Positions 20,290 to 29,652 of a stretch of DNA of 64,000 nucleotides are shown here, piece after piece (positions within the stretch are counted from its first letter, which is position 1; each line of letters opens with the position of its first letter). Below the pieces are notes generated by a model. The model ran no database searches, was not told the origin of the DNA, and saw only the letters and a program-made list of their open reading frames with translations. A program made the position numbers and the translations under genes. The stretch comes from Deltaproteobacteria bacterium (lineage in GTDB: Bacteria; Myxococcota_A; Polyangia; Fen-1088), in the NCBI GenBank assembly GCA_033763315.1, contig JANRKS010000035.1, forward strand, positions 96,001 through 160,000, written 5' to 3'.

Positions 20290-21357
20290 CTAGCGGCGGC
20301 GGCGGAGCGCCGTGGCGAACACCGCCAGACCGAACACAACCATCAGGGGGAAGCCAGCGCCCTTGTGTCCCGGCGTCAACGAGCAGCCACCGGCCGTGGA
20401 TTCATCGTCGCCGCCACTTGAGCCACCATTCGAGTCGCCTCCGGCACCACCCTCGCCGCCACTTCCCTCTTCTTCGTCGATTTCGCCGTTGCAGTTGTCG
20501 TCTTTGCCGTTCTTCACTTCTTTGGCGTCGGGGTTAATCTTCGGATCTTTGGGTGCACAATCCTTGCGAACGGCGACGAAGCCTTCTTGATCTTTGCACG
20601 TGAATTCGGCCTTGGCACCCGTGGCGGCAAAGCCGTCGCCGTCTTCGTCCTTGTAGTAAAGACCAGGCTCTAGACCTTCGTCGGACTGCCCGTCGCAATT
20701 GTCATCGATTGAGTTGCACACCTCTGCAGCGTCGGGATTCACTTCTTTCTTCGAGTCGTCGCAATCGGCGCCTTTTTCGATGAAACCCGACACAGGGTCG
20801 CAAGAGAGCTTGCCGTTCTTCTTGTCGCCGAATCCATCACCATCCACGTCTGGGTAATACATCTTCGCGCTGCAACCGTAAGCGATGCTGGCTGTGGTCG
20901 AACTGTTGTGATCGTCATCCGATGTGCCGTTGCTGTTGCCGGTGATCGACGAAACCCGAAAATCCGACACGCCTTTGGCTGTGGGCGCTGTCCACTTGAA
21001 AGAAAATTCGGCTTTGCCGTCGACCAGCGTCTTCGGTGCCGAATGCAGCACGCCCGTTTCGTGCAGCCGCGTACCAACGTTGTCGATCAACGCGAACTTC
21101 CCCTCGCCGCCCGTAATCCACACGCCGGTTCGTTTGGCTTCCGCGTTCACTGCCGTGAGCGCCACGGTCATCGTTATCGTTTCGCCAAGATTGGCGCTCG
21201 GTTTGCTGAAACTCACGTCAATCATGGGTCCCTGCGGTTTGTAGTGGCAATTGCCACACCCTTGCGGCTCACCGGTGGGACGCGCAAACGCTGATGACGG
21301 GATGACGGCGAGAGCAAGCAACGAACAGGCGGCCAAACGAACTGCCAGATAAGCCAT
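20290..21357 (-). CDS. Secreted Reeler-like domain protein with CxxCH, Cys/Asp metal-binding repeats and MYXO-CTERM
   Basis: Signal peptide, GCGNCH, FSFKWTAP (Reeler-like), two YxDxDGDGF...DC...NP.A.E..N..DDNC.G..DE repeats, then GGCS + TM + RRRR. Confidence 0.75.
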   Translation of the reverse strand: MAYLAVRLAACSLLALAVIPSSAFARPTGEPQGCGNCHYKPQGPMIDVSFSKPSANLGETITMTVALTAVNAEAKRTGVWITGGEGKFALIDNVGTRLHETGVLHSAPKTLVDGKAEFSFKWTAPTAKGVSDFRVSSITGNSNGTSDDDHNSSTTASIAYGCSAKMYYPDVDGDGFGDKKNGKLSCDPVSGFIEKGADCDDSKKEVNPDAAEVCNSIDDNCDGQSDEGLEPGLYYKDEDGDGFAATGAKAEFTCKDQEGFVAVRKDCAPKDPKINPDAKEVKNGKDDNCNGEIDEEEGSGGEGGAGGDSNGGSSGGDDESTAGGCSLTPGHKGAGFPLMVVFGLAVFATALRRRR

Positions 21358-21600
21358 TCCGCAAGTTTACGACCGGTGACCGTAAATTCAACAAGCGAAA
21401 TCCCGCGACGTTTTATCAGGAAAATCGAAAGGTCCCGTTTGATCGTTCGACCGGTGAAAAGTTACCGCGGGTGTGTAAGACCTGACGTGTTAGACGATCT
21501 AGGCGCGCGTGGGGCATCGTTGCCCCACGAAACCGCGCCTCGGTGGTTTGCAGTATACGAACATTTGCCTGGCTCGCTCATTGCTTAGGCATGACGCGCG

Positions 21601-24600
21601 ATGACTCCGAACAAGAATCACCCCCCGATTTTAGTCATATGCTTCGTTTTGTCGGCGGGAAGCGCGCGGGCGCAGCAGAAGCAGCCGGAAGGCGCACCTC
21701 CCGAAGGGTGCTCGGCAGAGGCGTTGCTGGCGCACGTGACGCAATTGTTCCCACCAGCGCTGCCCAAGCAGCGGATGGCAGCGGCGCGGGCGCTGGGTGC
21801 TTGCGCCACGACCACGACGGAGGGCGCACTGGCCGCGGCGCTGCAAACCGAGCCTGAGCCTGCCATCCGCAGCGAGGTTACGGCCGCATTGGCGCAGCAG
21901 CCGTCAGCGTTCGGTTTGTGGGCGCTGCAGAACGCGCGCCGCGATCCAGACGAGCGCGTACGGTCCCAGGCGGAGCTGGGGATCAGCAATCATAGGGTGC
22001 GGGTGGCCGAGCAAGCCCGTGTGCGCGCCGCTGAGACAACGCCCACAAGACCGCAAGAGGCTCCGCCCTCGCCCCCCGAGGCGGCCCCGCAGCCAGAGCC
22101 TGTGCGAGAGCCGGCTCCCGCGGTGGCTACCGCCGAACACCCCGCAGCCCCAGCCGAAGCAACTGCACCAACCCTTGCGTTGCCACCCCTTGTGCCGGCG
22201 CCCCCCGAGCCGCAGCTAACCCTCCTGCCCGAAAGGCCGCGCGCACCAGCGGGCCCGACGTCGGGCGTGCCTTTGTTGGTCACCACCTCGCTTTTGGCCG
22301 GCAGCGCGTGGGGCGCGGGGCTTGCTTTGATGGCTGATCAAAACAGCGCCGGCGTGATGATGTTGCTCGGCAGCGCGGGCGCTGTCATCGGCGGCGGCAC
22401 GGCATTCGCGCTGTCCCGGTTTGGGGTGCGCCCCACGGTTGACCAAGCCATTTGGTTCACCAACGCCACCGCGTGGGGCGCGCTCGCCGGCTTGATGGCT
22501 TACGCCGGCAGCGGCGCAGACGACGCTCGCCTGCAGGCGGGCTTGCTCGTGGGTGGGGAAAGCCTTGGTCTTGTGCTCGGCGCGTGGAGCGCTTCGCGGT
22601 ACACGTTCCGTCCCTCACAAACCGCACTGGCCGACGGCGTCGTGATGGCAAGCGCGCTCACCATCATCGGGGCTGGCCGCTGGCGTGGCGAAAGCGATGG
22701 CATTCCCGCCTGGATGGGATACGGGACGGCCCCGGTGATGTTGGGCGCCGCCATGCTGGCGCAACGCCTGCGCCCAACGCCGGCCGATGCACGATTCGTG
22801 GCGCTTTCAACGGTGGCCACATCAGCCACGCTAGGTTTGTTTGCGTCCGGTTTGGCAGGCGACGGCTTGTTGAACAGCGCCGCGGGCCAAGGCGGTTTGA
22901 TCGCGGGTTTGGGCGCCGGTTTCTTGGCGAGCGCAGTGACCTCGCCGTTCGTAGAGCCAACCTCGCGGCAGTTGTCGGTGGCAAGCCTCGGGTGGCTCGC
23001 AGGCGCCGGCTTTGGCGTTGGCACGTTCATGGTGGCGTTCCCGGACGACGAGGATCAGCAGCACCGTGCCTTGGGTGCCGCGCTCGGCGCGGCTACGTTC
23101 GCGGGGGCCGGCTATTGGATTGCACCCCATCTGCATCCGGGGCCGCAAGCCCTGCAAATGGGCTTCGCGGGAACGCTGCTGGGCGCAGGGCTGTGGTCGG
23201 TGGCAGGAGCGGCGAGCGGCACGTGGCTCACTGACGACCAACACACAGGCGGAGCGTTGGCGTTGGGCGTGGCGGGCGGCTTGGCAGGGATGTGGGCCAG
23301 CAACCGATTTGCTCCGGCACCGCAAGACTATGCCGCCGTGGTGGCGTCGATGGTGGCGGGGATGGCGGGCGGCGCGGGTGTCGCCAAGCTCGCGTCCTCG
23401 CAAGACGCGCCTGCGTTCACGGGTGTGTTGGTGGGCGGTCTTTCCGGACTGACCTTGGGGGCGTGGGCCAGCCACAACCAATCCTTGGCGCCCTCTGAAT
23501 TCGCGGCCGGCGCGATGGGCGCCGTGTATGGCGTGCTTTTGGGCGCGAACCTACGCAACCTCAGCAACGAATCAGCTGTGGATGATCGCATCACCGATGG
23601 CGCCCAGTACTTGGGCTTGTCGTTGGGTGCCTTCGCCGGCCTGGCGGCGGCCCGGTGGACCCACGCAAGCATGGGGCAGGTGGCGGTGCCGGGCATAGCG
23701 ATGGGCCTTGGCATGGTGATGGGCGCCAGCGCTGGCGACTTGGCTGCCGGGGCGCAAGGCGGCCGCATCGGCAGCACCATCGGTGGCATCGGCTTGGCAG
23801 CGGCCGCTGTGGGATTGGATTCACGTCTCAAACTCTCGCAGGGCCTCGGGCCAGATTGGTTCGAGCTTGGCGTCTGGGGCGGCGTTCTTGGTGGCTTCGA
23901 GGGATTGTTGCTGGCCGATCTTGCGAACGAAGCCCGCGGCGACAACGGACAGGCGCGCAGCGGGATGGGCTGGCTTGCAGGGACGACGGCGGGTGTGGCT
24001 TCGGGCTTGGTGCTTTCGAAATTGGCGCAACCCGACGCGCGCGACTACGTTTTCACCGCGTCCGGAAGCTTGCTGGGCTTGTCGCTTGGTTTCGGCATTG
24101 CAAGCGCTCTGCACACAGATGACGGAGCCAGCGCTGGCTTGATGTTTGGTGGCAGCCTGACGGGATTGGTGTCAGCGGCGTTGGTGGCCCACGCCATCGA
24201 GCCCACGCCCGTAGATCTCACCTCAGAACTTCTTGGCAGCGTTTACGGCGTCGCCTTGGGCAGCTTGGTCACGCAGCTTGACGGCGAAAGCGGCCGGTGG
24301 GGGAGAGCGCAATCCGCGGGCGCGGGGCTGGGCCTCGCGTTGGGTGGCGTGGGCGGCGTTCTGGCGACACGCGCGTTGGGAGCCTCTGCGGCGCAAGTGA
24401 CAACGGCCGCCACGGGCACGGCCTTGATGACCATGGCCGGCTTGGGCCTCGGACTGGCGTGGCCGCACGAAGGCTCACAGGCCACCCGCATCGGCGGTGC
24501 CGTTGGTTTGTCCGCGGGTTTGGTGGGAACGATCGTCGCTGATCGCTGGATGAACTTCTCAAGCGCGCGCTCGCCCCACTTCACGGGGCTTACGCTGGCA

Positions 24601-26760
24601 GGCACCGTGTTGGGCGGTTACCAGGGGCTGCTTCTGGGCGAAGCCCTGTCCGTCAGCGCCCCCGAGTCGGTCAGCGGCGACCGGCAACGGACGGGCGGTT
24701 TGATGTTTGGGAGCGCCGCGGGCGCCATCACAGGCATGCTGCTCTCGCGCAGCACGCAGCCTGAGCCAGAGGACCTTTTTGTGGTGGGGGCGGGCAGCGC
24801 GGTGGGCTCGGTGTTTGGTGCGGGTTTGAGCCGCTTGGCCGCAAAAGAAGGCGGCGCACATGACACGTGGGCACAGCTCGCAGGGTCGATGACCGGCCTT
24901 GTTGGTTTTGCAGCGATGCAACGGTACGCACCTATGACGGGCACCGATGCCGGCGCGGCGGTGCTCGGCACATCATTGGGTGCATTGGTGGGTGGCCTTG
25001 CGCCCTCATTGCACCTAAGCACGGTCTCCACATCGGATCGCACGAACGTGGGCGGCCTGCTGCTGGGCGCAGGTGCCGGCACGATGCTGGGCATCGTCTC
25101 GAGCAAAGTCACGGACGCGCAGCCTCAAACGGTGGCCGTTAGCGCCTGGGGGACGGTGCACGGCGCGGCCACCGGGATGGCCGTGGGAAATCTGTTCGAC
25201 GATCAGGGCAACTCGCAAGGACTGCGCATTGGATTGGTCGCTGGCGCCGTGGGTGGCACCGCCATCGCCTCGTTGTTGTGGCGGGACTTTTCAATGAGCG
25301 ACGATCAACAACGTCACACTCTGGCCGCTGCCACCACCGTGGGCGCCTGGTCTGGCTGGTGGGTTGGAAAGCTCGCCAGCGATGACGATCAAGACAAATC
25401 ACTCACGAGCACGGTGGCAGGGGCCGGCGTGGCTTCGATGCTTGCCATCTCGGCTGCGCCACACCTGCACATCAGTGACGACGTGCTCGGGGACGCGCTG
25501 GTGATGAACTTCATGTTGGGCGGTGCCGCAGGCGGCGTCACAGCCCTTGCCTCCACCGACAACGACAACCTCAGCAAGTTGGTGTTGGTGGGCAGTGGTG
25601 GCGGTCTTCTGTTGGGCGGGCTGTTGCACAACAAAATCATTTTGCGCTCCCAGAGCGCGCCTCTGCTCACAATCGCCACAGCCCAAGGCAGCCTCGCGGG
25701 ACTCTTGCTTGCAAGGATGATTCACGGTCAAGACGCCTCGGACCGGCATAAGCAGGGCGCGCAGGCCGTAGGTACGTTGGGCGGCGCCGCGGCAGGGTTG
25801 CTTCTGTCCAGCGTGTTATCGCCCGACGCAGGCCAGGCAGCCGTCGCGGGCCTTGGCAGCGCCAGCGGTGCAGCCGTGGGTGGCGGCATCGCCTTGATTG
25901 CCAACCGCTTGGACGCGCAAGAGGGCGCAGCCTTAACCTTGGGCGGCAGCTTGGCGGGCCTCACGGCGGGCGCTTTGTTTGCGCGGGGCGAGCCCGTAAC
26001 GGGCAACACGTTTGCACGCAGCAGCTTAGGCGCCGCGTTCGGCGCGGCCGAGGGCGCCGTGTTTTCCTGGGCGGCGCGCGGCACAACGGAGGATGACTAC
26101 AAAGGCTCGATCCTGCTGGGCGCGGGCCTGGGGACGTCGTTGGCGCTCGCCAGCACTTCGGTTCAAACGTGGAAGATCCCGGCAAGCGCTGGTTTCGGCG
26201 CTTGGGGCGCGTGGGTCGGGTCTTTTGCGGGCGCCATGGTCAAGAGCCGGCCCCAAGAAGCGACGTTGGGCGGGCTCATCGGCCTGAATCTGGGCGTGGC
26301 GGCCGGCTACGGTGCCCTGACAGCCGATTGGGTGGAGCCGGCGGACTTCGGGTGGCTGAGCTTGTTTGGCGCGGCGGGCACGTTGGTGGGCGGCGCCACC
26401 GGCGCGCTGTTCTCATCGTCGAAAGACTCCACACCGGCATTCGTGGGCTTGGCGGTGGGTCCCGTCGTTGGCTTGGGTGTGGGTGCAGCCATGCTACCCA
26501 CCTGGCGGCGCCTGCGCGGTCCCCAGGCCGACCGCAGCGCCCGCGCCCCTGCGGGTACCCTCGCGGCGGCTCTGGACACCGTGAACACGGCCGCGCCCCC
26601 TCCCGGAAGGATGGCGCAGTGGGCGCAGCACAAAGGCCGCCGCCTGAAGTCGTTGGTCGAGGTCGATCAGGTGATGCCCCTGGTGGGAGCCATGCCATCG
26701 GACGGGCAAAGCGGCACGCCCACGCCCTTCGTTGTGGGGCTCACGGGCCGCTGGCGCTAA
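21601..26760 (+). CDS. Giant HEAT-repeat + tandem glycine-zipper hairpin protein of unknown function (1719 aa)
   Basis: Uninterrupted 5.16-kb ORF. Weak signal peptide, HEAT-like repeats (RMAAARALG; IRSEVTAALA; DPDERVRSQA), Pro-rich linker, about 24 Gly/Ala-rich double-helix units, C-terminal VVGLTGRWR. Confidence 0.8.
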   Translation: MTPNKNHPPILVICFVLSAGSARAQQKQPEGAPPEGCSAEALLAHVTQLFPPALPKQRMAAARALGACATTTTEGALAAALQTEPEPAIRSEVTAALAQQPSAFGLWALQNARRDPDERVRSQAELGISNHRVRVAEQARVRAAETTPTRPQEAPPSPPEAAPQPEPVREPAPAVATAEHPAAPAEATAPTLALPPLVPAPPEPQLTLLPERPRAPAGPTSGVPLLVTTSLLAGSAWGAGLALMADQNSAGVMMLLGSAGAVIGGGTAFALSRFGVRPTVDQAIWFTNATAWGALAGLMAYAGSGADDARLQAGLLVGGESLGLVLGAWSASRYTFRPSQTALADGVVMASALTIIGAGRWRGESDGIPAWMGYGTAPVMLGAAMLAQRLRPTPADARFVALSTVATSATLGLFASGLAGDGLLNSAAGQGGLIAGLGAGFLASAVTSPFVEPTSRQLSVASLGWLAGAGFGVGTFMVAFPDDEDQQHRALGAALGAATFAGAGYWIAPHLHPGPQALQMGFAGTLLGAGLWSVAGAASGTWLTDDQHTGGALALGVAGGLAGMWASNRFAPAPQDYAAVVASMVAGMAGGAGVAKLASSQDAPAFTGVLVGGLSGLTLGAWASHNQSLAPSEFAAGAMGAVYGVLLGANLRNLSNESAVDDRITDGAQYLGLSLGAFAGLAAARWTHASMGQVAVPGIAMGLGMVMGASAGDLAAGAQGGRIGSTIGGIGLAAAAVGLDSRLKLSQGLGPDWFELGVWGGVLGGFEGLLLADLANEARGDNGQARSGMGWLAGTTAGVASGLVLSKLAQPDARDYVFTASGSLLGLSLGFGIASALHTDDGASAGLMFGGSLTGLVSAALVAHAIEPTPVDLTSELLGSVYGVALGSLVTQLDGESGRWGRAQSAGAGLGLALGGVGGVLATRALGASAAQVTTAATGTALMTMAGLGLGLAWPHEGSQATRIGGAVGLSAGLVGTIVADRWMNFSSARSPHFTGLTLAGTVLGGYQGLLLGEALSVSAPESVSGDRQRTGGLMFGSAAGAITGMLLSRSTQPEPEDLFVVGAGSAVGSVFGAGLSRLAAKEGGAHDTWAQLAGSMTGLVGFAAMQRYAPMTGTDAGAAVLGTSLGALVGGLAPSLHLSTVSTSDRTNVGGLLLGAGAGTMLGIVSSKVTDAQPQTVAVSAWGTVHGAATGMAVGNLFDDQGNSQGLRIGLVAGAVGGTAIASLLWRDFSMSDDQQRHTLAAATTVGAWSGWWVGKLASDDDQDKSLTSTVAGAGVASMLAISAAPHLHISDDVLGDALVMNFMLGGAAGGVTALASTDNDNLSKLVLVGSGGGLLLGGLLHNKIILRSQSAPLLTIATAQGSLAGLLLARMIHGQDASDRHKQGAQAVGTLGGAAAGLLLSSVLSPDAGQAAVAGLGSASGAAVGGGIALIANRLDAQEGAALTLGGSLAGLTAGALFARGEPVTGNTFARSSLGAAFGAAEGAVFSWAARGTTEDDYKGSILLGAGLGTSLALASTSVQTWKIPASAGFGAWGAWVGSFAGAMVKSRPQEATLGGLIGLNLGVAAGYGALTADWVEPADFGWLSLFGAAGTLVGGATGALFSSSKDSTPAFVGLAVGPVVGLGVGAAMLPTWRRLRGPQADRSARAPAGTLAAALDTVNTAAPPPGRMAQWAQHKGRRLKSLVEVDQVMPLVGAMPSDGQSGTPTPFVVGLTGRWR
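22252..26514 (+). repeat. Protein-level tandem repeat: ~24 units of ~58 aa with a ~240-aa super-repeat
   Basis: Units typically start P-x-x-x-(D/Q/E). PAPQDY, PDARDY and PEPEDL lie at 23314, 24031 and 24760; RIG motifs lie at 23764, 24487 and 25225. Confidence 0.7.
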
Positions 26761-26843
26761 TTCCGCTATAAAAGACGCGCGTCTTCTTTTATTGACAGAC
26801 GCCAACGAGGCCCGCACACTGCAGGCCGCATACCCGATCCGCC

Positions 26844-28097
26844 ATGCCATCAGCCATACGAATCTCGAAGCGCCTGTTTTTCTTTTTCGCTGCGGCCACC
26901 GTGCTGTGCGGCCGCGCTGGCGTTTCGCACGCGCAAGGGCCGGCGGTCGCCACCACCGCAGCGACCCCTGAAGCGCCGCCCACGATCACGGTTGCGCAAG
27001 GCAAAGGGCTTTCTGCCACATCCGCGGATGGACGCTTTTCATTTGGCGTGCGGGGGCGGATTCAATTACGCGAAACGATCGCGCACGATCCCGACGTTCA
27101 CAACGAAACTCAGGTGCGCACCTTCCGGTTCTTCACCTACGGTCATTTGCTGTCCAAAGATTTGCAGTACCTGGTCCAGCTGGCTTTTGGCGCCGCGGAG
27201 TATGATCCAAACACGCCGTCGCCGGTGTTTGATGCGTTCGTTGACTACAAGCTTCACCGCGACGTGCAGCTGCGCGTGGGGCAGTATTTCGTGGTTTTCG
27301 ATCGGGCACGCACGATCCGCGAATCATCACTTCACCTCGTTGATCGGCAACAGGCTGTGCAAGAGCTCAACCTGGATCGCGACGTGGGCCTGACGGTGAT
27401 GTCGAACGACTTGTTTGGACAAGACGGAAAATTCAACTACGCCTTCGGCATTTATGGCGGCAATGGGCGCAACCGAACCACACCTGTGGCGCCAGCGGTG
27501 CGGCGTAATGGTTACCTCTATACGGGCCGCGTTGGTTTTAAGCCGTTCGGCCCATTCGATGACGATGTAGAAGGCGACCTGCAACGGCTTGCCAAGCCGC
27601 GCCTCGCGTTGGGCCTGGCTGCCGCGTTCGGCGACAACGCCGATCGCAACCGAGGAACGATCGGGACGGCCTACCAACAGTTCACGTTCGACTACAAGTA
27701 CGCGGCGGCGGACTTGGTGTTCAAGTGGCACGGCGTTTCGTTGATGGCCGAAGCGCTCACACGGCAAGCGCGGGTGGATTCAAAGACCAAACTGGTGGGC
27801 ACCACAAACGTGAAAGAATGGTCGCGTTCGGGTTGGGGCTACCTTTTTCAAGCAGGCGTGATGATCACATCGCGCGTCGAAGTGGCGGCGCGTTGGGATG
27901 AACTACGCACGATTGGAAACACAGACCCTACCCTCGTGAGCTTGGTGCAGAGGCAGGGTCGTGAAGTGGGAGGTGGCATCAACGTCTACCTCAACGGGCA
28001 CTTCCTGAAATTGCAGGCCGACTACGCCGCGCGCTTTGGGTCTGCAGACGTGGATCTGTGGCAAGTCGTTAGGTTGCAACTAGATGCGAGTTTCTAG
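26844..28097 (+). CDS. Porin, OprO/OprP (phosphate-selective) family-like
   Basis: Signal peptide, RGRIQLR, DAFVDY, RVGQY, DRDVG, SEGD-like VEGDL, KLQADY, terminal Phe. Confidence 0.8.
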   Translation: MPSAIRISKRLFFFFAAATVLCGRAGVSHAQGPAVATTAATPEAPPTITVAQGKGLSATSADGRFSFGVRGRIQLRETIAHDPDVHNETQVRTFRFFTYGHLLSKDLQYLVQLAFGAAEYDPNTPSPVFDAFVDYKLHRDVQLRVGQYFVVFDRARTIRESSLHLVDRQQAVQELNLDRDVGLTVMSNDLFGQDGKFNYAFGIYGGNGRNRTTPVAPAVRRNGYLYTGRVGFKPFGPFDDDVEGDLQRLAKPRLALGLAAAFGDNADRNRGTIGTAYQQFTFDYKYAAADLVFKWHGVSLMAEALTRQARVDSKTKLVGTTNVKEWSRSGWGYLFQAGVMITSRVEVAARWDELRTIGNTDPTLVSLVQRQGREVGGGINVYLNGHFLKLQADYAARFGSADVDLWQVVRLQLDASF

Positions 28098-28340
28098 CGG
28101 CGGCCACCGCAGCGGTTCAGAGACCTTCGGACACCTGCGTGAAAGTCGAATTTCTGGCTTGATTCTTCGTAGAAACTTTCAATTGCTGCGGGCTTCATAC
28201 CCTCCAGGTTTCGGGCAAGTTTCTAAGCGATTTCTCTGTGGCTAAATCTGTTTCCGAACGCTTTCGCGTGCTTTACGGGGCGTGTTCCGGTCACTACGTT
28301 CGATGCGTACACCAACCAACCCCATAGGGAGAAAGCTTCA

Positions 28341-29513
28341 ATGACTCGCATTCTTTCAGCAGCTCTAGTAACCACGCTTCTTGGCGGCTCTGCATTCGCA
28401 CAAGACGCAGTACCGGAAGCAGCGCCACCCGCACCCACGGAAGCCGCTCCACCCTCGCCGATGACGCCCGCGGTTGTTGCGCCAGCCGAACCAGCAGCAG
28501 CAGCCCCCGCCGCCGACAGTGGCGTACAAGTCTCGATCTTCGCCGACGCCTTTTACAACTGGAGCACGAGCAAGAACGACGTAAACGCCTTCATCCCGGG
28601 CGGCATGAACAAAGCCCCATCCCACCGCGCCTACAACCGGTACAACGGTTTCGGGTTGTCGTTCTTCGGTGCGGATCTCACGTACAACACCGAGAAGTTC
28701 GGTGCGACGACATCGCTGCGCTTCGGTCCGTCTGTGCCCATCTTCTACGCGGCAGACAAAGGCCCCACGGGCATCGACAACATCACGCAAGCGTACTTGA
28801 CCTACAAGCCAACGACGGCGTTGGCCATCGACTTCGGCCAATTCTCCACGATCTACGGCGCTGAGGTTGCGGAGAGCTGGAAGAACCTCAACTACACCCG
28901 CGGCGGTCTTTACTACGCAATGCAACCGTTCTGGCACACCGGTGTCCGCGCGAAATACACCATCAGCGATGAGCTGTCTTTCACGGGTATGGTCGTCAAC
29001 GGTGTGAACAACGAGATCGATGGCGGCAAAGAGCGTCCCTCCATTGGCGTGCAAGCGGCTTACGCGAAAGACAACATCGCGGTGCTGCTTGGCTACCTTG
29101 GCTCGCTTGATCCAGACACCGACGTTTACTTCGACCACTTCGTGGACTTGGTTGCCACCGCATCTTTCGGCAACGTGAGCCTGGTCCTCAACGGCGACTT
29201 CGCCAAGGATGAGGAGGCGCAATTCTACGGCGGCAGCCTCGCGGCGCGCATCGGCCTCACTGATGAGTTGGGCGTGGCCGCCCGCCTCGAGTACTTGGGC
29301 GACCCTGATGGGCTCATCTGGGCCGCAGGCGACAACAATGTGATCACGGCCACGGGCACCTTCGAGTACAAGCCCGACGCTTCCGGCAAGTTGATCCTTC
29401 GCTGGGACAACCGCTTCGAGAAGTCGAAGGAGCAGATCTTCACCGACCGCGACGGCGCCGGAGCAGACACCTGGTTCCAATCGGTCCTCGGCGTGGTTGT
29501 GACCAGCTCGTAA
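28341..29513 (+). CDS. Outer-membrane beta-barrel porin (BBP2/DUF1597-like)
   Basis: GGAG RBS, signal peptide ending AFA, motifs QAYLTY, GQFSTIYGAEV, NYTR, PFWHTG, VVNG; strong C-ending codon bias. Confidence 0.8.
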   Translation: MTRILSAALVTTLLGGSAFAQDAVPEAAPPAPTEAAPPSPMTPAVVAPAEPAAAAPAADSGVQVSIFADAFYNWSTSKNDVNAFIPGGMNKAPSHRAYNRYNGFGLSFFGADLTYNTEKFGATTSLRFGPSVPIFYAADKGPTGIDNITQAYLTYKPTTALAIDFGQFSTIYGAEVAESWKNLNYTRGGLYYAMQPFWHTGVRAKYTISDELSFTGMVVNGVNNEIDGGKERPSIGVQAAYAKDNIAVLLGYLGSLDPDTDVYFDHFVDLVATASFGNVSLVLNGDFAKDEEAQFYGGSLAARIGLTDELGVAARLEYLGDPDGLIWAAGDNNVITATGTFEYKPDASGKLILRWDNRFEKSKEQIFTDRDGAGADTWFQSVLGVVVTSS

Positions 29514-29537
29514 GTCTGGCGAAACACAGAAACTCAG

Positions 29538-29566
29538 AAGAGGGCGTCCGCGGGGACGCCCTTTTT
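29538..29566 (+). terminator. Rho-independent terminator
   Basis: AGGGCGTCC-GCGG-GGACGCCCT followed by TTTT. Confidence 0.85.
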
Positions 29567-29652
29567 CGTTCGTTCGAAGCATCCCATCGCTTTTCCCCAT
29601 GGACCCGCATCGAATTATCAATTGTTTAGGTGGGAAGAAACAGGGCGTGTCC

